IMG/VR virus record: IMGVR_UViG_3300017761_004803
Location: 1-30,899 of that record
Length of the DNA: 30,899 nt
Strand: one strand, 5' to 3'
From: a virus
Lineage: Duplodnaviria; Caudoviricetes
Made by a program: the position numbers and the translations under genes
Part shown: in pieces, positions 26,704 through 30,899 of the stretch
Layout: each line of letters opens with the position of its first letter
How positions within the stretch are numbered: position 1 is the stretch's first letter
Notes under the pieces: generated by a model
Database searches by the model: none
Seen by the model: only the letters and a program-made list of their open reading frames with translations
What the model was told of the DNA's origin: nothing

Positions 26704-27224
26704 ATATGCTTAATAATATTACCTACCCATTCAGAGACTTCTATCGTCGAGTAAAGAATGTGTTGCGATGGTTACCCACCATTTGGAAAGATAGAGACTG
26801 GGATAATAGTTACATCACTGAGATTCTAATTAAGAAACTTGAACTCACTAGAGATTTTTACCTCTCAGACAAAGCACATAGTGTTGAAGCTGGTAATATT
26901 GCGAGAGAGATTCAAGACGCAATTGAACGATTACATATGACTCAAGATAGTTGGGAGTTTTATGAAGCCCCAGCTATGGAGGAATTGGAACAAAAATGGG
27001 GTCTAACAGCTTTTAGTTTTGAACCTTATGAACATGATGAGAGTGGTGGTGTGCTTACTTATGAGATGAAATCAAAAACTGAAAAAGCAAATACTGATAA
27101 AGAGAAAGAACAGTATAGTGAAGAATTTAGAACAACACTTAAAGCTGCTCGTAAGGAGTATATGAAAGATAAAAAAGAAGCTTACAAATTTATAGCCAAA
27201 AATATAGACAAATGGTGGGACTAA
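26700..27224 (+). CDS. Hypothetical phage protein
   Basis: 174 aa; RWLPTIWKDRDWD and C-terminal WWD. Confidence 0.75.
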   Translation: MNMLNNITYPFRDFYRRVKNVLRWLPTIWKDRDWDNSYITEILIKKLELTRDFYLSDKAHSVEAGNIAREIQDAIERLHMTQDSWEFYEAPAMEELEQKWGLTAFSFEPYEHDESGGVLTYEMKSKTEKANTDKEKEQYSEEFRTTLKAARKEYMKDKKEAYKFIAKNIDKWWD

Positions 27225-27598
27225 AAAAGAAACTAAAATTATGGTGGGAGAAGAAAACCAAATTTAACCCATATGGTGTTTGGCCTGAAGGAGCTTGCCC
27301 AGTGCAAGCAGAAGGTCTTACTAAAGAGGGTAATTGGTATTATTTCAAAGCTAGAGGTGGCCATATTCGGTTTGTAATTTGCAAATCAGAAGATGACTAT
27401 ACAGGAGTAATTGATTCTCCAATTAAATACTTGTTTGAAAAAGAATTAGAGTATGGAGAAGGAATGTTTCAAGCAGGGTGGATGCCTCATGAAGATGCTG
27501 TTCGCTTAACTACAGTATGGTTAAATGAGTACTATGAAAAAACTCAAGAACTTAAACTAAATAAAAAATGGCTAAAAAAATTACACTCGCAATCTTAA
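27212..27598 (+). CDS. Hypothetical phage protein
   Basis: 128 aa; GACPVQAEG...YFKARG...AGWM motif. Confidence 0.72.
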   Translation: MVGLKKKLKLWWEKKTKFNPYGVWPEGACPVQAEGLTKEGNWYYFKARGGHIRFVICKSEDDYTGVIDSPIKYLFEKELEYGEGMFQAGWMPHEDAVRLTTVWLNEYYEKTQELKLNKKWLKKLHSQS

Positions 27599-28116
27599 TA
27601 TTGCTGTGTTTTACCACCGGATATAGCCAATCAAGACGCCCTAAAAGTGCTAAGAAAAAAATTACTATACAGGATGTTGTTGAAGAGAAAAAAACACCTG
27701 AAGATATATTAAGAGAAATATATAAAGCTAGGCTTGATTCAGCATCTCAATTATCTTATTCTTGTATTCAAATGTTAGTTGAAACTAAAATTGAACTTGA
27801 TAGTGTTAAAAAATCAAATCAAAGGCTATATGTTGTGATTGATAGACAATTAGACACTTTAGCATTTGCCCGCGGTAAAGAAAAGCGAGCAATGCAAGTG
27901 ATGTTAAGAGAACATTATAAAAAAAGATCATGGGTTAAAGCATTCATTGGTCAAACAGTTTTTGTAATTGGAGGAGTTGGAGCATTTATAACTGGTGCTT
28001 GGGTTCCTATAGGGATGGGAGTATTAGCAGTTGAAATATTTTTAGTGCTAGAAAGTAGATATAGTGAAGTTAAATTAGAAGATAATAAACAAGAAGTCAA
28101 ACGATATAAAATGTAA
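27568..28116 (+). CDS. Secreted/membrane-anchored coiled-coil protein
   Basis: Signal peptide MAKKITLAILILLCFTTGYS|Q, central coiled coil, two C-terminal hydrophobic segments. Confidence 0.7.
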   Translation: MAKKITLAILILLCFTTGYSQSRRPKSAKKKITIQDVVEEKKTPEDILREIYKARLDSASQLSYSCIQMLVETKIELDSVKKSNQRLYVVIDRQLDTLAFARGKEKRAMQVMLREHYKKRSWVKAFIGQTVFVIGGVGAFITGAWVPIGMGVLAVEIFLVLESRYSEVKLEDNKQEVKRYKM

Positions 28117-28120
28117 AATT

Positions 28121-28291
28121 ATGTTAAATACAATTATTAGTATAGCTATTATAGCTTTTGGATTAAACTATTATTTTAAGTATCAAAATCTTAAAAAACA
28201 AATGGCTACACCTTCAACAACACCAACAGGTGATGAACCAAATGATGGTCTTCAAGTAACAAGTGTACCTGAAAAACAAATTGGAGACTAA
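28121..28291 (+). CDS. Small single-TM protein (56 aa, not in ORF track)
   Basis: MLNTIISIAIIAFGLNYYFKY followed by a P/T-rich polar tail. Confidence 0.6.
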   Translation: MLNTIISIAIIAFGLNYYFKYQNLKKQMATPSTTPTGDEPNDGLQVTSVPEKQIGD

Positions 28292-28310
28292 TATAAAACA
28301 ACAACAAGTT

Positions 28311-28946
28311 ATGAAGAACAGTAAATTTTATGTCAAGACTCCTCTTAAGGAAAGACTAATCAATTTTACTAAAGGTCTATTATTTTGGCGAGGTAGAAAG
28401 AAAGGTATGATCCATACTAGGAATATTACATTGAATGATCTACGTGCGGTATTTTTTCCTAAAGATTTTTATGAAAAGTATAAGTATTTAGGTTCAGTGC
28501 CTTGGAATACAAAAAGTGCTATCTTTAAAGCAATGGAGCCGTTAGTGATTTTTATGGACTATAAAGCTAAACCTAAATATTGTCCAAGATGGGTATTACG
28601 TTTCTTACACCTATTTGGTAGTGATAATTCAATTGTTAGAGTAAGGAATAGAGTGTTATATAATTTAAAACAATACTTAACTAAAGGTATTCAACTCACT
28701 GATTATAAAACTAAATGGGAACATTATGATTTAAGAATATCAGTATATGGAACTGACCAAATACAAAACTTAGCTGATGCTATTGAACATAAATTCTATG
28801 ATGATGGCTCAAGAGAAGATTTAGCTAATCGAATTAAGATACTAGATCCTAATACCAAGTACACTAAAGGATCTTTACAATCAGACCTAAAAAAAGAACT
28901 TAATAGATTAGAAGATATAAATGAAACAATAGAAAGTTATGAGTAA
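28311..28946 (+). CDS. Hypothetical basic protein
   Basis: AAGTTATG start at 28311 preferred over the track's GTG at 28263. Confidence 0.7.
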   Translation: MKNSKFYVKTPLKERLINFTKGLLFWRGRKKGMIHTRNITLNDLRAVFFPKDFYEKYKYLGSVPWNTKSAIFKAMEPLVIFMDYKAKPKYCPRWVLRFLHLFGSDNSIVRVRNRVLYNLKQYLTKGIQLTDYKTKWEHYDLRISVYGTDQIQNLADAIEHKFYDDGSREDLANRIKILDPNTKYTKGSLQSDLKKELNRLEDINETIESYE

Positions 28947-29057
28947 AAGAAATATAATCCAAATAGATTTAAGTGGTTGTAAAAACTGGAAAGAGTGTGA
29001 AAGAGCAATTGTACTAATTACATCAGGTAAAATTAACATTACAATAGAAAGTTATGA
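28926..29057 (+). repeat. 17-nt direct repeat ACAATAGAAAGTTATGA at 28926-28942 and 29041-29057
   Basis: Exact match read directly; each copy contains a start codon (28939 and 29054). Confidence 0.85.
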
Positions 29058-29067
29058 TATCAGATGA
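28939..29067 (+). CDS. Small hypothetical protein (42 aa, not in ORF track)
   Basis: MSKRNIIQIDLSGCKNWKECERAIVLITSGKINITIESYDIR*. Confidence 0.5.
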   Translation: MSKRNIIQIDLSGCKNWKECERAIVLITSGKINITIESYDIR

Positions 29068-30316
29068 TTTCCAAATTGGACCTAACGGTGCTTATGAGCA
29101 TGTAGGTAATGAGTTAGATTTACAATACCAAGATCTACTCCAACATATCCTAGACAATGGTGTTGAAAAGAAAGATAGAACAGGTACTGGTACTTTATCA
29201 GTATTTGGACATCAGATTAGACACAACATGCAAGATGGGTTTCCATTGCTTACAACTAAGAAGGTACACTTCAAATCAGTAGTAACTGAGTTGCTATGGT
29301 TTCTAAGAGGTGATACTAACATCAAATATCTTGTAGATAACAATTGTCATATTTGGGATGGTGATGCTTATAAGCGATACAAAACAACAAACCCAGATTT
29401 GTTAGCGAATGATGAAATGTTTGAAATAAGAGATAAACCTACAAAAACATATAGGTTTTTTACTCAAGAAGAGTTCATTAACAAAATCAAAACAGATGAT
29501 GAGTTTGCTCAAAAGTGGGGTGAATTAGGTCCAATTTATGGTAAGCAATGGAGAAAGTGGGACTGTTTAGATGAAGGATTTGTTAACTTAAAAGAAGGTG
29601 AGGAAATTGAAGTTGACCTTAACTGTATAAATATTTCTCATCAAGTAGACCAAATCGCAAATCTAATCAACGAACTCAAAACAAACCCAGACTCAAGACG
29701 ATTAATGGTTAATGCTTGGAATGTAGGTGAATTAGACCAAATGGTACTTCCACCTTGTCATTATGGATTTCAAGTTTATACAAGAGAGTTATGTAATGGT
29801 GAACGTAGAGATTGGGTCATCAAAAATAGAAGTCAACAAATGCCTAAATTTTTTGATAGATTAGGATGGGAAGGTAATGTTGCTGAAGTTCTTGAGAAAT
29901 TTAATGCCCCAACCAGAGCAATCTCTTTAATGTGGAATCAACGTTCAGTAGATACATTCTTAGGTTTACCATTCAACATTGCTAGTTATGGATTGCTACT
30001 AGAACTTATTGCTAAAGCAGTTAATATGCTACCTGATGAGTTGATTGGTAACTTAGGTGATGTACACTTATACAACAATCACATTGAGCAAGCAAAAGAG
30101 CAGATCAGCCGAACCCCTTATGAGCTACCTAAGCTAAATATCAATACTGAGTTTTGGCCTACGGAGAATGGTTCATGTGGTGAAGGACCTTTAGACGCAG
30201 TAGCAGTATTCAATAGTTTTAAGAAGGATGACTTCTGTAAGTGTTTACTAGAAGAGGACATTCAGTTAGGCAACTACCAATCACACCCAGCAATTAAAGC
30301 ACCTTTAAGTAATTAA
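29054..30316 (+). CDS. thyA: Thymidylate synthase with several in-frame insertions
   Basis: DRTGTGT, FPLLTTKK, ELLWFL.G.TN, LGPIYGKQWR, PDSRR, LPPCH, QRSVDTFLGLPFN, GDVHLY.NH. Confidence 0.95.
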   Translation: MISDDFQIGPNGAYEHVGNELDLQYQDLLQHILDNGVEKKDRTGTGTLSVFGHQIRHNMQDGFPLLTTKKVHFKSVVTELLWFLRGDTNIKYLVDNNCHIWDGDAYKRYKTTNPDLLANDEMFEIRDKPTKTYRFFTQEEFINKIKTDDEFAQKWGELGPIYGKQWRKWDCLDEGFVNLKEGEEIEVDLNCINISHQVDQIANLINELKTNPDSRRLMVNAWNVGELDQMVLPPCHYGFQVYTRELCNGERRDWVIKNRSQQMPKFFDRLGWEGNVAEVLEKFNAPTRAISLMWNQRSVDTFLGLPFNIASYGLLLELIAKAVNMLPDELIGNLGDVHLYNNHIEQAKEQISRTPYELPKLNINTEFWPTENGSCGEGPLDAVAVFNSFKKDDFCKCLLEEDIQLGNYQSHPAIKAPLSN

Positions 30317-30319
30317 GTT

Positions 30320-30619
30320 ATGACATACGAAAGCTTTTTAAAAATAACGCTTGAGTTACAAAGACAAGAGCGCATTGTAGACGACTTGTATAAAAGCAAG
30401 ATTGACCTACTTGAGTTTATAGATCCGTATCACGGTCTAATCCATTTACTGATTAAAGAAATCTATGGTGAGGAAGGTGTTGATTGGTTCTCTTGGTTCT
30501 GTTATGAGAATGATTATGGTCAAGGTACATTAGAGGCATGGGACGAGAATAAGAATCGGATCTGCTACAGCCTTGAATCATTATGGGAGTATTTAGAGAA
30601 GCTTAGACAGAAGTCTTAG
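30320..30619 (+). CDS. Hypothetical phage protein
   Basis: 99 aa; YGEEGVDWFSWFCYENDYG...LWEYL. Confidence 0.75.
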   Translation: MTYESFLKITLELQRQERIVDDLYKSKIDLLEFIDPYHGLIHLLIKEIYGEEGVDWFSWFCYENDYGQGTLEAWDENKNRICYSLESLWEYLEKLRQKS

Positions 30620-30637
30620 TTTCATATTTATAACTAA
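30616..30637 (+). promoter_or_regulatory. Inverted repeat TTAGTT-TC-ATA-TT-TAT-AACTAA with TATTTAT at the apex
   Basis: 6-bp outer stem plus 3-bp inner stem, 10 nt upstream of ATG 30648. Confidence 0.45.
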
Positions 30638-30647
30638 ACACATACCT

Positions 30648-30890
30648 ATGAATAAAATAATAACCATTCTATTATTCTTCCTTTTTCTTACTAGCTGTCA
30701 TGGACCTTACACTTATGTGACTTATGATAGAAAAGGAAGAGGTGATGTAAAACTCAAAAAAGGTCTTCTTTATGATCACCCAGATGAGGAAAATCCATTA
30801 ACTAATCCAAGGTTTAGGTCTGAAGGTAAATCTCTAAAACAAAAAAAATGGAGAATAAAAAGAGCTAAAAAGAGGTATGAAGGTATTTAA
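30648..30890 (+). CDS. Predicted small lipoprotein
   Basis: MNKIITILLFFLFLTSC lipobox; basic C-terminus. Confidence 0.7.
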   Translation: MNKIITILLFFLFLTSCHGPYTYVTYDRKGRGDVKLKKGLLYDHPDEENPLTNPRFRSEGKSLKQKKWRIKRAKKRYEGI

Positions 30891-30899
30891 TCTATAAAA

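Noticed and set aside
29054-30316. Group I intron or intein in thyA
   Set aside because: The frame is uninterrupted, the insertions are short, and no intein C/S...HN ends or endonuclease ORF were seen.
1-30899. tRNA, rRNA, IS element or integrase
   Set aside because: Intergenic gaps are too short once microproteins are counted, and no cloverleaf or transposase/recombinase motifs were seen by eye; tRNAscan-SE or Infernal would confirm.

Overview
AT-rich, gene-dense window with all credible genes on the + strand and many 1-4 nt start/stop overlaps. It reads as part of a large lytic dsDNA phage genome: a T4 gp62-like clamp-loader subunit, a Cas4/AddB-like Fe-S nuclease, an HTH-HNH protein, ClpP, thymidylate synthase and many short ORFans. 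The host is probably Bacteroidota, given TTTG-N20-TATATTTA promoters, no Shine-Dalgarno sites and a signal peptide followed by Gln. The main feature is a ~19.5 kb cluster (1724-21160) of about 25 glycan and nucleotide-sugar genes. It holds at least 5 glycosyltransferases, split HldA/HldC-like heptose kinase and nucleotidyltransferase, and a nucleotidyltransferase-kinase fusion with a GatZ-like TIM barrel and HAD phosphatase. It also holds a ColD-type (His for Lys) 3-dehydratase next to a minimal TPP E1 alpha/beta pair, RmlC, two SAM methyltransferases, a B12 radical SAM enzyme, and an MtnN+Apt pair able to recycle SAM by-products. No flippase, polymerase or membrane priming transferase is visible in the window. 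The SDR epimerase carries one in-frame TAA. Two non-coding signals stand out: three 32-nt promoter-like copies identical except for a 6-nt core, and four intergenic TATTTAT motifs each at the apex of a different inverted repeat just upstream of a start codon. All functional calls come from motifs recognised by eye; no searches were run.
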